Assembly (NCBI RefSeq): GCF_051656525.1
Contig: NZ_JBOGCC010000278.1
Coordinates: 22,112-86,111 of the forward strand
Source of the DNA: Clostridium sp.
Lineage (GTDB): Bacteria; Bacillota; Clostridia; Clostridiales; Clostridiaceae
Length of the DNA stretch: 64,000 nt
Direction of reading: 5' to 3'
Position numbers and translations under genes: made by a program. The notes below the pieces were generated by a model. The model searched no databases, had not been told where the DNA came from, and saw only the letters and a program-made list of their open reading frames with translations. Of this stretch, positions 29,691-38,747 are shown piece by piece (positions within the stretch are counted from its first letter, which is position 1; each line of letters opens with the position of its first letter).

Positions 29691-30257
29691 ATGAAAGTCA
29701 CTAAATCAAAAAAGACGAATCGTCACAATATTCCTAAGAGTGTTCGCCGCAAACTGCGTCAGAATGCCGATAAAAAGCGTGTGGCGCGTCGCGAGAAATT
29801 GGCGAAAATCAGGATGACTTTACGATTCTCAAACAAAGCTACTCATGTTGAGTATATTAACAACTACATCGCGTTGATCGATGAAGACATCATGCGGATC
29901 AGCAATGCTGTTCGTCCTGTCATTGACTTCATGGACAACGTACACGCCAACCCTAAAGCTGCAGAGTGGCTGGTAGCCAATGAAGAACGCGTTGACGTTT
30001 TCGGCGACCAGCTCTTGTTGATCGATGCACACCTGATCAATCTGCGTAAGGTACGTAACGAAGCTGAAGCAAGTCGCGTTAAGTTCGAAGCGACTGAATA
30101 CGAAAACCGCGAAGATATGCTGGCTGATGCTTATGCAATTATCCTGTCTGCGGCGAGCGTTATTGAACAGAGCCTGATTGTTGACAACCAGATCGCTGAT
30201 CTGTTTGAATCAGTATCAGAACTGGAAGTTAATGACATTTTAGGAGCTGAAGAATGA
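29691..30257 (+). CDS. Hypothetical protein with a basic N-terminus and coiled coil
   Basis: K/R-rich first 40 aa; ATGA overlap with the next gene. Confidence 0.75.
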   Translation: MKVTKSKKTNRHNIPKSVRRKLRQNADKKRVARREKLAKIRMTLRFSNKATHVEYINNYIALIDEDIMRISNAVRPVIDFMDNVHANPKAAEWLVANEERVDVFGDQLLLIDAHLINLRKVRNEAEASRVKFEATEYENREDMLADAYAIILSAASVIEQSLIVDNQIADLFESVSELEVNDILGAEE

Positions 30258-31831
30258 AACCACGTAGCGTCCTTCAATTCGAAGAGCCAATTGATGAAGG
30301 TATGCCGGTAGATATGCCGGAGCTGGAATCAGAACCAGAAGAAGAAGAGTCCGCGGCGCCTGTAGAGGCGCCAAAAGAACCTTCTGAAAATGACGGTAAA
30401 AAAGAACAGGCTGAAGAGCCACCTAAACCTTTTAAGGTTCCTTTCCGCCCAATCGCTGTTGACGAGTCTGCGGTATTGGAATTCGGCGAAGGCAAGTTCC
30501 GTATTCCATTAGCTATGGTTGATATCTATCGTGGCGTTGGCGGCGGTACTCTTTCTGAGCCAATCGAAGTTGCGTTCATGCGTAATAACGATAATGCGGA
30601 TCTTATTGAAAATGGCGTATTCCAGGATCAAATGGATTATGCTTATCCAATGACCGGCTTTATTGACCGTACTGCGGTTGATGGCTCCAAGTGGTCAAAC
30701 AACGTTATTGTTGGTGAAGATCATCGTACCAGTCCTTCTGCGGTTCGTCCGAAAGGCAACGACCTGATGGGCATCTTCAGTGCCAGTAACCAATTGGGTC
30801 AAACGACTAAATGGACTTTCCATAACACTGGTGTTGTTATCCACATGCGTGCTGCACTCGATAGTGAACTGATCAATATCGAAATGCAATTGCTTGAAGA
30901 TCGTGCTCGTGTAGGTCTTGAAACACACGGCGTGTGCCTGACATCCGACATGGGTGTTCATATCGGACTACTGGTTGACTTTGCACTGAGCTTAGTCGTT
31001 AAGACCAACGTTCCTCACGATGGTAATATCCAGGCTGCACTGCGTAGTAAGTTGCGCGGACGTGAATCAATTGAGATTCTGTTGGCTGCGGTACTTACCT
31101 CAATGTATCCTCATGGTTTCCCGTGGGCAATTACCTGTAGTAATGCCGGCTGTGCATTCCGTGAAGCTACTGACATTTTCTTCGCTCGCTCACAATGGGT
31201 AGACAAGTCACGTCTTACTGAACGTTGTCTGACTATCCTGCATCGCAACACTCTGAGTCTGCCGGACAAAGAGTATGATGATTATCAAGCTGAGCTCCCG
31301 ACTTCTGTTGGTAAGTTTGAGTTTGGTAATGTGACTTACAACTTTGCATTGCCTACAATCACCGACTATGCTTATGCTACACGTCGCTGGTTAAACGTAA
31401 TCGAAAAAGACAACACTGAATCACTGGCACGTATCGATACTGATGCGCAGCGTGAAGCTTATCTGGATTCTCAGAAAGCTAGCCGTGCTATGATGCAGTA
31501 TAGTCATTATGTTTCAAGCATCGACATCGAGTACGGTGGTACTGTTAGTACTATTGTTGACCGCGATAAGATTGAAGAAGCATTGATTCGTGCTTCTGCA
31601 GACTTGGAGCTGGTGGTTAACTTTATTAACGCCGTGTCTGATTTTGAGCTGATGTCACGCATGACCATTATTGGTCACTTGAACCGTACTTGCAATCATT
31701 GTGGTAAGCATCTGTTTACTGAAGAAGATGAAGTCTGGAAATCTATTGTTCCGCTGCCAGTTGATCGGATTTTTTTTACGCTTACGCAGCTGAAAACGCA
31801 GATTCTGCGTGGAACTCAGAGCAGACGATAA
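30254..31831 (+). CDS. phiKZ gp77-like protein, candidate tail/baseplate assembly chaperone (G form)
   Basis: 525 aa; CSNAGC and CNHCG Cys pairs as in T4 gp26-type proteins; slippery site near the 3' end. Confidence 0.6.
   Translation: MKPRSVLQFEEPIDEGMPVDMPELESEPEEEESAAPVEAPKEPSENDGKKEQAEEPPKPFKVPFRPIAVDESAVLEFGEGKFRIPLAMVDIYRGVGGGTLSEPIEVAFMRNNDNADLIENGVFQDQMDYAYPMTGFIDRTAVDGSKWSNNVIVGEDHRTSPSAVRPKGNDLMGIFSASNQLGQTTKWTFHNTGVVIHMRAALDSELINIEMQLLEDRARVGLETHGVCLTSDMGVHIGLLVDFALSLVVKTNVPHDGNIQAALRSKLRGRESIEILLAAVLTSMYPHGFPWAITCSNAGCAFREATDIFFARSQWVDKSRLTERCLTILHRNTLSLPDKEYDDYQAELPTSVGKFEFGNVTYNFALPTITDYAYATRRWLNVIEKDNTESLARIDTDAQREAYLDSQKASRAMMQYSHYVSSIDIEYGGTVSTIVDRDKIEEALIRASADLELVVNFINAVSDFELMSRMTIIGHLNRTCNHCGKHLFTEEDEVWKSIVPLPVDRIFFTLTQLKTQILRGTQSRR
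31770..31812 (+). other. Candidate -1 programmed ribosomal frameshift signal
   Basis: T TTT TTT in frame 0; acgcag/ctgcgt stem 6 nt downstream; the -1 frame is open from 31765 to 32238. Confidence 0.7.
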
Positions 31832-31923
31832 ATAGCCCTAGCTTCCCAGGTAGCAATATCAGTAAACGTTGGACTACACGTGAAGGCGATCGCAATATAG
31901 TTGTAACGCCAATCGATGAAGTC

Positions 31924-32238
31924 ATGCGGAGTGATTTAACCGGGGTTAAGAGAACCACGATGGATGCAACTGTAGCTTTGAAAGAAGCGTATAGTTCATA
32001 CATTGGCTCTGACCTCGGTAGTTACCAGGTTGGGCGTGGTGAGTCTGAGAAGTATGATGGGAAAACACTGTTAGACGTTCGTTTAGAAAACTATCGTCGT
32101 TTGTGTGTTAAGGAATTCCTTAATATATCCTTTCCTGAATACATTGCTAATCCACGTTGGGTTATTTGTAAGTACGATGCTATGTGTACTAAGTGGTCTG
32201 CTGCAACCCCAGTGATACCAGGAAGTGGTATTATTTAG
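31924..32238 (+). CDS. Small ORF, probably the C-terminal (T) part of a frameshift fusion
   Basis: In the -1 frame of 30254..31831, open upstream to the slippery site, weak SD. Confidence 0.6.
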   Translation: MRSDLTGVKRTTMDATVALKEAYSSYIGSDLGSYQVGRGESEKYDGKTLLDVRLENYRRLCVKEFLNISFPEYIANPRWVICKYDAMCTKWSAATPVIPGSGII

Positions 32239-32248
32239 TACAAAGGCA

Positions 32249-32288
32249 AAAAAAAAACAGGGAGCCCCGCGAGGGGCTCTCTGCTATT
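32249..32288. terminator. Terminator at a convergent junction (copy 2 of the 40-bp repeat)
   Basis: Differs from 24721..24760 at one loop base (gcga vs gcaa). Confidence 0.85.
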
Positions 32289-32640
32289 TCTTTATACTTC
32301 CAACGTTCATGTTAACAGTATATTCTTCTGTCCACACATCTGTAAACATTCTGAATCTGATGTTAACGTCATCTTCTTCACCTTGCGGATTGATGTTGGT
32401 CAGCTGATACTGATAACTGTCATAGCCCGCTGTGTTTCGGATGTTAGATACTCTACGTAACCAGTACGTATTTTTCTTAATGGTGAACTCAAAGAAGCCC
32501 ACGTGGGCTTCTGTTGATAGTTTATGGAAAGCCAGATGTTCGTCTGACGTTCCATCCACTAGCTTATCTAAACAAGCCTCAATGCCTTTATAAGTCAGTA
32601 AGGTTTGGCGCAGGAAGTTCTCCAGCTTACTAAGCCTCAT
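32284..32640 (-). CDS. Hypothetical protein (118 aa)
   Basis: ATGA overlap with the helicase gene. Confidence 0.7.
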   Translation of the reverse strand: MRLSKLENFLRQTLLTYKGIEACLDKLVDGTSDEHLAFHKLSTEAHVGFFEFTIKKNTYWLRRVSNIRNTAGYDSYQYQLTNINPQGEEDDVNIRFRMFTDVWTEEYTVNMNVGSIKK

Positions 32641-34169
32641 ATCACGACTCCAGAGTTCATTGTTATTAATGACCGAACTCTACCAGTTAGAAGTTTTCTT
32701 CGCTGATTATACACCGATACTTGTTTCGGTATATCCATACAGATTGGGTATACTACTTTAGGGTGGATACCCCAACGTTCAATACATCCGTCTCGTGTAC
32801 GGCCTAACATCTGCAATGATTTCTGACTGGCGTTCAAAGAAACCGCGATTACGTTTAAGATAAGGCCTTTATAGTCAACTGCTGTACCGGACTTTCCGTG
32901 TGTCGATACAATAACATCTGCGTTTTCCGTTTCTGCGAAATCATCATCCTGTATGTAACGATAAATCCGTAAGCCTTGTGTCTTATTGCGCAAGTATGTG
33001 GCAAACAACGTACACATCTCACGCGTGTAGAATAAGTACAACGCTTTTTGTCCAGGCTGGAATTCTGCAATATACCATTTATCCAGAATACGGTATAACA
33101 TATCGAAATACCGATACATCATCTGCTTACGCTTCATGATTCCTTTTTCGAATACATGATGCGCATACATCCGCTGTGAGTTAACCCGCCTTACGACTTT
33201 ACGGTCACTCATCCCAAATGCTAAACCGACAACGTCTATGAAAATATCCAGTTCCATTTCTAGACGGACATTCTCTGGGAATCTTTCTAAATAGCGTTTC
33301 TTCAGAAAAGGATCATCGGGCTTTAACGTACCTGAGAGGTCCAGTACCGCGTTTGCGTTTAACGCGATATAACTCCAGTACTGCATACGGAAAAGCTCGT
33401 GTGCTTCATCGTAGACAGTTATATCAACGCCTAATGATGGCAGTATCTTATTCGGGTGAATCGAATCAACTTCATGCATCCATTTCTGAATGAATCTGTC
33501 GATTGTGAACGAAGAACAGAGATATGCTTTCGCTGTAGGTTTCCCGCCTTTCCTGACAAGATCCTCTAGCGTATCTACGCTATCGATTAAGAAGAAGTCT
33601 TCACCTTCGGTTAGGTTCAAGTCTCCCGCAATGTCACTTTTCCACTTTGCCAAATACGCTGGCTTAGTAATGAACATTGGTAATCTTTGGCGTAATGCAA
33701 CTCCCTTCTCTGCTGCAATGGTTTTTCCTTTACCTGTTTGCAGTTCGAATACGTTGTGGTCTCCACTTACTATCAGTGGCGCTGCCGCATTCTGCCAGGC
33801 GTACTTAGAATCCTCTGGCTCCACCATTCTAAAGTTAGGTCGAAACTTAACCTTTTTACCAGGGATAATTTTAGCACGGTCTTCGTACATTGTAACCAGA
33901 ATACGGTTTAAGCCTAATTCTTCCTTCAGCTTGGTGGCCATCGATGGATGAATCAGTATCGTGCTTAAACGTTCGTTTGGAATATAGAAGAAATCACCGT
34001 CATTTGGATCAGGTGGTTCAGCGTATCTGTTGTCTTGTGGCGGAGGAGAATATGCTGGCTTAAAAAGTGCACGACGGCAGAACTGCTCCATCACCTTATA
34101 GCCGATTGATGTCGTAGACACACATTCAACACACCGCCTGAGAACCCTCATTGTAATAACGGTAGACAT
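32637..34169 (-). CDS. Superfamily 2 (DEAH) helicase (phiKZ gp75-like)
   Basis: LQTGKGKT (motif I), YDEAH (II), LSGT (III), QMLGRTR (VI). Confidence 0.92.
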   Translation of the reverse strand: MSTVITMRVLRRCVECVSTTSIGYKVMEQFCRRALFKPAYSPPPQDNRYAEPPDPNDGDFFYIPNERLSTILIHPSMATKLKEELGLNRILVTMYEDRAKIIPGKKVKFRPNFRMVEPEDSKYAWQNAAAPLIVSGDHNVFELQTGKGKTIAAEKGVALRQRLPMFITKPAYLAKWKSDIAGDLNLTEGEDFFLIDSVDTLEDLVRKGGKPTAKAYLCSSFTIDRFIQKWMHEVDSIHPNKILPSLGVDITVYDEAHELFRMQYWSYIALNANAVLDLSGTLKPDDPFLKKRYLERFPENVRLEMELDIFIDVVGLAFGMSDRKVVRRVNSQRMYAHHVFEKGIMKRKQMMYRYFDMLYRILDKWYIAEFQPGQKALYLFYTREMCTLFATYLRNKTQGLRIYRYIQDDDFAETENADVIVSTHGKSGTAVDYKGLILNVIAVSLNASQKSLQMLGRTRDGCIERWGIHPKVVYPICMDIPKQVSVYNQRRKLLTGRVRSLITMNSGVVI

Positions 34170-34189
34170 GCGTACAGACTCCCATGCAG

Positions 34190-34208
34190 TGGGAGGCTAG
34201 GCCTCCCA
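34190..34208. terminator. Hairpin between nvRNAP beta'-C and the helicase
   Basis: tgggaggc/gcctccca 8-bp stem; no clear U tract. Confidence 0.45.
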
Positions 34209-34217
34209 ACTATAATA

Positions 34218-36212
34218 TTACGGCATGATGAGTGGTTTAAGCGGAGAGCGTACGCGGTCGGCATATAGGTAAGATGCTGGGTCTGTTAATGTATCAAATT
34301 GTCCCTGATACAAGAACGCACCTGCTATATCCCGATTGGTGATAATATCATCGTGTGCGGCAAATCTGCCGACGCCCAGACCATTAGCAATTCTCCAATC
34401 GCCGTTTTCCGGGTCCATTACACGCGTAGCTGCTAGCACTGTTGCTAAGTGCATTACGTTAACGCCAAGCTTATCAGCGGTCAACATAAATGCTGCAATC
34501 AATGCTTCGGTAGGATCGTTAAATCGTGTCAAGCGCATCATGTGACTACGCTTGCCTTTCGTGTCTTCATCGTTCGAAGTAGAACGAATAAACAACTCCA
34601 GGCGATCTACGAACGCTGCCATGTTCTCGTGCTTAAGCTGATATGTGAATACCGGCTTTGTATAATCCCACTCATCTAAGTCGATCAAAATGTACTTGCC
34701 CTGCGTTTCCCAGTTCCGTTTCGCAACATATTTCAACATTGATGCTGACAGAGATGGGTTTGTCGCTTGGCGTGACAGATTGGCTTGTCGCGAGTTCGTT
34801 ACATAACCATCATTATCGTACGTGATAATATCACACGTTGATAATGAAGAGAAATGGCCTAACTGCAACTTTCTCAGATCATCCATATAGAGTAATGATA
34901 TGAGATTTTTTACCTCATCTGCATGTAGCCGCAATTTAACTTTCAGGTCACTCAATCGCTCTTTGAATTTGATACTATCCAAACTCCTGTGCATTTCCAT
35001 GTAGCTACGATCTTCTGCCGGCAATACAATGTTAATTACGCAGCGGATGAAGTCACTGTGCTTCGTGGAAATAACCTTCTGTGTTGCTGGGCCACAAATC
35101 TCTGTTGTTGATACGTGTCCAGGGTTGGAAGTGATATTGAGGTCTTCAGGTCTTGCGGTTGGGGCGTCTTTATCAATACGATCGACTAAGCTGTATGCGA
35201 TGTCGCCATAGCATGTTGAACAGACAGTTTGCTTGTGCAACATACGACAACATAATGTAGTGCGCACTTTAACACGTTTGCCCATGAGGTCTTTATCGTC
35301 TGGATTAATCGGACGAGTCTTACCATCTGGAAGCACTAACGTAATGCCATGCCATAACCGGAAATAGTTTTCAGTTTCTGGCAATGTTACATCATGCGCA
35401 TCTGTTGTTCCACAATCATGATGCTGCGCAACAGTCGTGATATAGTTACCGACTAGCTGTAAACGACGGTTAAAGTATTCTGCATCCGCAACTGGAGATT
35501 TGTTAAACAACAAAGCTTTTGCAGCAGAACGGGATGCCTTAACCATCGAGTTAGCGTCGACGTACCCCATAGCAAACCCACGACGAATCTCATTTAGGTA
35601 AACTACGGAGTCAATATCAGTAACCTGACCAATCGCTACAAACGACTGATTTAGCTGTGGCAGTGGAGCTGTACCGTATTTAAATGCACGGGAGATTGGG
35701 TTATCTTCGTGATCTTTATGGATTAAACGGCGCTTAAACACGCCGTAACCATATTCAACATCTGCAAGCTTTTCTTGCACGCGCTGGTTAGCATCACGAA
35801 TCTCTGGATCGTTCAGCAATTGCATGATTGCAAAACTATCGATACTATCGATGTACGGCATCAGTTCCATAGCTGCATAGTTATAGATCCGATTGTATGC
35901 CCGATAGCATGATTTCCAGATTTTCTTTTTGTTGTACTTGGAGCTATACTTGGTCGGCTCGATGATCTTATAGAAGATCTTCTGCATGATCTTATCAGTA
36001 AATAGCTCATTGTAATTCAGCAGGAAATGTTTCGCATGAGGAATATCTGGGTTCTCACGATACACATCCCAGAAGATTGAGTATGTGTGTAAATCACAAC
36101 CAAGAACTTTAAACGTATCGCCTTTGAAACACAGCTCATGGAAATCGAATGCGTCGTATTCCTTTACAATTTGTTCATGGCTTAACTTTAGCGCATCATC
36201 AAAATCTAGCAC
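34218..36212 (-). CDS. Non-virion RNA polymerase beta' C-terminal subunit (phiKZ gp74-like)
   Basis: Bridge helix KASRSAAKALLFNKSPVADAEYFNRRL; Zn site RTTLCC...CSTCYG; trigger-loop-like GPATQKVISTKH. Confidence 0.9.
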   Translation of the reverse strand: MLDFDDALKLSHEQIVKEYDAFDFHELCFKGDTFKVLGCDLHTYSIFWDVYRENPDIPHAKHFLLNYNELFTDKIMQKIFYKIIEPTKYSSKYNKKKIWKSCYRAYNRIYNYAAMELMPYIDSIDSFAIMQLLNDPEIRDANQRVQEKLADVEYGYGVFKRRLIHKDHEDNPISRAFKYGTAPLPQLNQSFVAIGQVTDIDSVVYLNEIRRGFAMGYVDANSMVKASRSAAKALLFNKSPVADAEYFNRRLQLVGNYITTVAQHHDCGTTDAHDVTLPETENYFRLWHGITLVLPDGKTRPINPDDKDLMGKRVKVRTTLCCRMLHKQTVCSTCYGDIAYSLVDRIDKDAPTARPEDLNITSNPGHVSTTEICGPATQKVISTKHSDFIRCVINIVLPAEDRSYMEMHRSLDSIKFKERLSDLKVKLRLHADEVKNLISLLYMDDLRKLQLGHFSSLSTCDIITYDNDGYVTNSRQANLSRQATNPSLSASMLKYVAKRNWETQGKYILIDLDEWDYTKPVFTYQLKHENMAAFVDRLELFIRSTSNDEDTKGKRSHMMRLTRFNDPTEALIAAFMLTADKLGVNVMHLATVLAATRVMDPENGDWRIANGLGVGRFAAHDDIITNRDIAGAFLYQGQFDTLTDPASYLYADRVRSPLKPLIMP

Positions 36213-36215
36213 ATC

Positions 36216-38297
36216 TTACCCCTTATTAGATGTCAAACGAACACCACCACAGTTCAATACTGAGTGTACCAACCGAACAGCCGAACTCTGTCCAAGCGGG
36301 TATTCATCACGGTTAACCAAATACTTAAGCCGCATTGGGTTGTGTGATGTCATGATGTTCTCAACTGCCATTTCTGCAGTAATCGGATTGTTAGCACGAT
36401 CGTGGTGCTCTTCCAGTACACCGCTGCGGCAGTAAGCTGCCTGATGGCGTGCCTCTGATTCGCCCATCCATGCAATTGGGTGCTCGCGCATATAGCGACG
36501 ATCACGCTCTGCTGGAGACTGTTTAGCGATTGTACCGAAGTGCTGACGTGTACCGACTGCAATTGCTGACATGTCTTTACCAGTTTTGTCAAGACGCATG
36601 AAGTACAACTCACCAGTCATGTGAGTGTTCAACGTTTGTACTTTACGACCATCATAGGTGGTCATCGTCAACTTGGATTTATTAGGCGGGAACTTCTCGA
36701 GAATATCACGCTGAATATCATCGATCATCTTACGAGTTTCATGAGGAATCGCAATGATGAGGCGATTGTGATACAACTCTTCCAGCATATCTTGGCGCTG
36801 CGCATCTGTCATGTGTGTTTCGCGTACACACTCTGCCCAGATTGGAGACGCTGCTTCCAAGAACGAAATCAGGTAGTACCAGGCTTCGTTCAAACCATCA
36901 CGTTCGTAAATGTCAAGCACACGCTTCTGATTGTCGCGACGCGCTGCGTTAATAAACATCGTGAACGTACGTGTGAAGTTTGTACGGCGGAGTACTGCCA
37001 ACGATGACATGATTACGTGAATGATATTACCGTGTTCATCAATCGGCATATCTTTTACTGGACGGATGGAAGAACAACAACCTTTACCACCACACTGTTC
37101 CGTCATCTTACTGCCTTCGTTAAACGGAATCTTGTACTTGGTGATAATTTCAACATACCATTCGTCAATTACATCGTAGTGCAATTGAAGACGGGATTTA
37201 TTACGGTCTACGTTAATACGTGGATCTGATGGGAAACGTGCGATTGCTTCCAAGAACAAACGGTGTGCTGCGCCAGTGAGCTCATATGTCTGCTCGGTGT
37301 GGCGACGCTTACGACCATTCACTTCTTCAACTTGCAGCTGTCCTTCAATCTTGAAGTAATACTCCAGGATTTGAGAATAGAACAATTGGCATTCACGCTC
37401 TTCCTCAGTTAACCAACGCGTTGCAATTTCCATACGCTTGGAGTTATCTGCAGGACTACGGATAACTTTAATGTCGATTACTTCTGAATCTGGTTCAACT
37501 GTAATCGGCATGTCGAACATACCACATGTTTCACGCAGAGCCATTGTGTTGCACTCTACTGCTGCTAACAGTGGATTGAATTTACGCTTGGCTACCAGAA
37601 TACCATCGGCGCCAACGAATTCACCACGGCGTGGCCAAGGGCGAGGGTTTTCTTCCGTGCCATGACCAAGCAACAGGATTTCGCCAGGAGATAACCAGAA
37701 GCGATTACGGCGATAACCATATGACATATTTGCAGCAGCAAACTCATCTGATACTTCGATGGCATCTTCAATACACGCCATTGATGAAGCCGTCAGTGCG
37801 TTCGCATGCAGGCCAGTGGAATAGACATCGTTAATGCCATCGCTCTTAACACGTGGTGAGCGTGTGCACCATTCGCCTTTCTTTAAGAATCCATCTTGTT
37901 TGATAGGCAGGTTTTCATTTACGTTCAGATCATAACCAAAATATTGATGGTCACTACGATAAGTATCGATAATGATTACATCAAGTTTACGAGACTCTAC
38001 CAACCAAACGAACAACGCAATCTCAACCGGCTCAGGATTCTGGTCACGGTTTGAATAACGTCGAGCGATTGCACGGATATGGCAGTTCTCTCCAACCTTC
38101 GCACCAGTTACATATTTGGCATATTCCATTTCTACGCCTGTGAGTGTGGCAGGCGGCTCAATTCCTATGCAAGTGGTGGATTGAATTACGTGTGAGGTGA
38201 ACATCTGTACACGCGAAGCTGAGTTACATGTGATGGCCGGAATCATGTCCGCACAACCACCAACATACTCAGTTCTAATAGGTACCGATAAATCCAT
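36216..38297 (-). CDS. Non-virion RNA polymerase beta C-terminal subunit (phiKZ gp71-73-like)
   Basis: SRVQMFTSH, IEDAI, GSKM...GGKG, TGELYFMRL and MGESE match beta motifs. Confidence 0.92.
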   Translation of the reverse strand: MDLSVPIRTEYVGGCADMIPAITCNSASRVQMFTSHVIQSTTCIGIEPPATLTGVEMEYAKYVTGAKVGENCHIRAIARRYSNRDQNPEPVEIALFVWLVESRKLDVIIIDTYRSDHQYFGYDLNVNENLPIKQDGFLKKGEWCTRSPRVKSDGINDVYSTGLHANALTASSMACIEDAIEVSDEFAAANMSYGYRRNRFWLSPGEILLLGHGTEENPRPWPRRGEFVGADGILVAKRKFNPLLAAVECNTMALRETCGMFDMPITVEPDSEVIDIKVIRSPADNSKRMEIATRWLTEEERECQLFYSQILEYYFKIEGQLQVEEVNGRKRRHTEQTYELTGAAHRLFLEAIARFPSDPRINVDRNKSRLQLHYDVIDEWYVEIITKYKIPFNEGSKMTEQCGGKGCCSSIRPVKDMPIDEHGNIIHVIMSSLAVLRRTNFTRTFTMFINAARRDNQKRVLDIYERDGLNEAWYYLISFLEAASPIWAECVRETHMTDAQRQDMLEELYHNRLIIAIPHETRKMIDDIQRDILEKFPPNKSKLTMTTYDGRKVQTLNTHMTGELYFMRLDKTGKDMSAIAVGTRQHFGTIAKQSPAERDRRYMREHPIAWMGESEARHQAAYCRSGVLEEHHDRANNPITAEMAVENIMTSHNPMRLKYLVNRDEYPLGQSSAVRLVHSVLNCGGVRLTSNKG

Positions 38298-38345
38298 ATA
38301 ACACTCCAGTTAACTTTACAGATGAGATCCACTCGTCTCATCTAT

Positions 38346-38355
38346 ATAATATATG
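38346..38355 (-). promoter_or_regulatory. Putative early promoter CATATATTAT upstream of nvRNAP beta-C
   Basis: Exact motif copy. Confidence 0.65.
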
Positions 38356-38370
38356 TGTGAGGTATTTTAC

Positions 38371-38700
38371 ATGGCACATCCATTTAATCAACATCGTGAT
38401 TACATTACGCCAGATGTTGCCGCTAACCCCAAACTACGTGAGTTGATACTGCATCACGCAGATTACCTCAGAAAACACCCTTTATCAAAAACAGTACCGG
38501 TTGACGCAAATATGCGTAGCTTAGACCTGTATGATTTTTATCGATTTATGAAGAGTGTTGGGTATCCTAACGAATTGCATTACGTAATCATGCTCATCAA
38601 TAATATTCCTTCGCACATGCACTTTGATACCAAAGTGGATCAATTGATCATTCCCGATTCTGGAGTGGTTGAAGACATTATTTCTATTGCTGAACTTTAA
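38371..38700 (+). CDS. Small protein, possibly LysM-like baseplate wedge (T4 gp53/gpX type)
   Basis: GAGG SD at MAHPF; YDFY...LHYVIMLINNI.S..F...LIIP pattern. Confidence 0.5.
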   Translation: MAHPFNQHRDYITPDVAANPKLRELILHHADYLRKHPLSKTVPVDANMRSLDLYDFYRFMKSVGYPNELHYVIMLINNIPSHMHFDTKVDQLIIPDSGVVEDIISIAEL

Positions 38701-38710
38701 GACGAAAAAA

Positions 38711-38734
38711 AAAGAGGGGCATCTGCCCCTCTTT
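38711..38734. terminator. Bidirectional terminator
   Basis: aaagaggggc-atct-gcccctcttt between convergent genes. Confidence 0.85.
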
Positions 38735-38747
38735 AGATCTTTTATGA

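Noticed and set aside
36216-38297. Deviant beta motif GSKMTEQCGGKG as a sign of an inactive polymerase
   Set aside because: Both catalytic-region lysines, the ED motif and the partner's NADFDGD are intact, and such divergence is usual in phage RNAPs.
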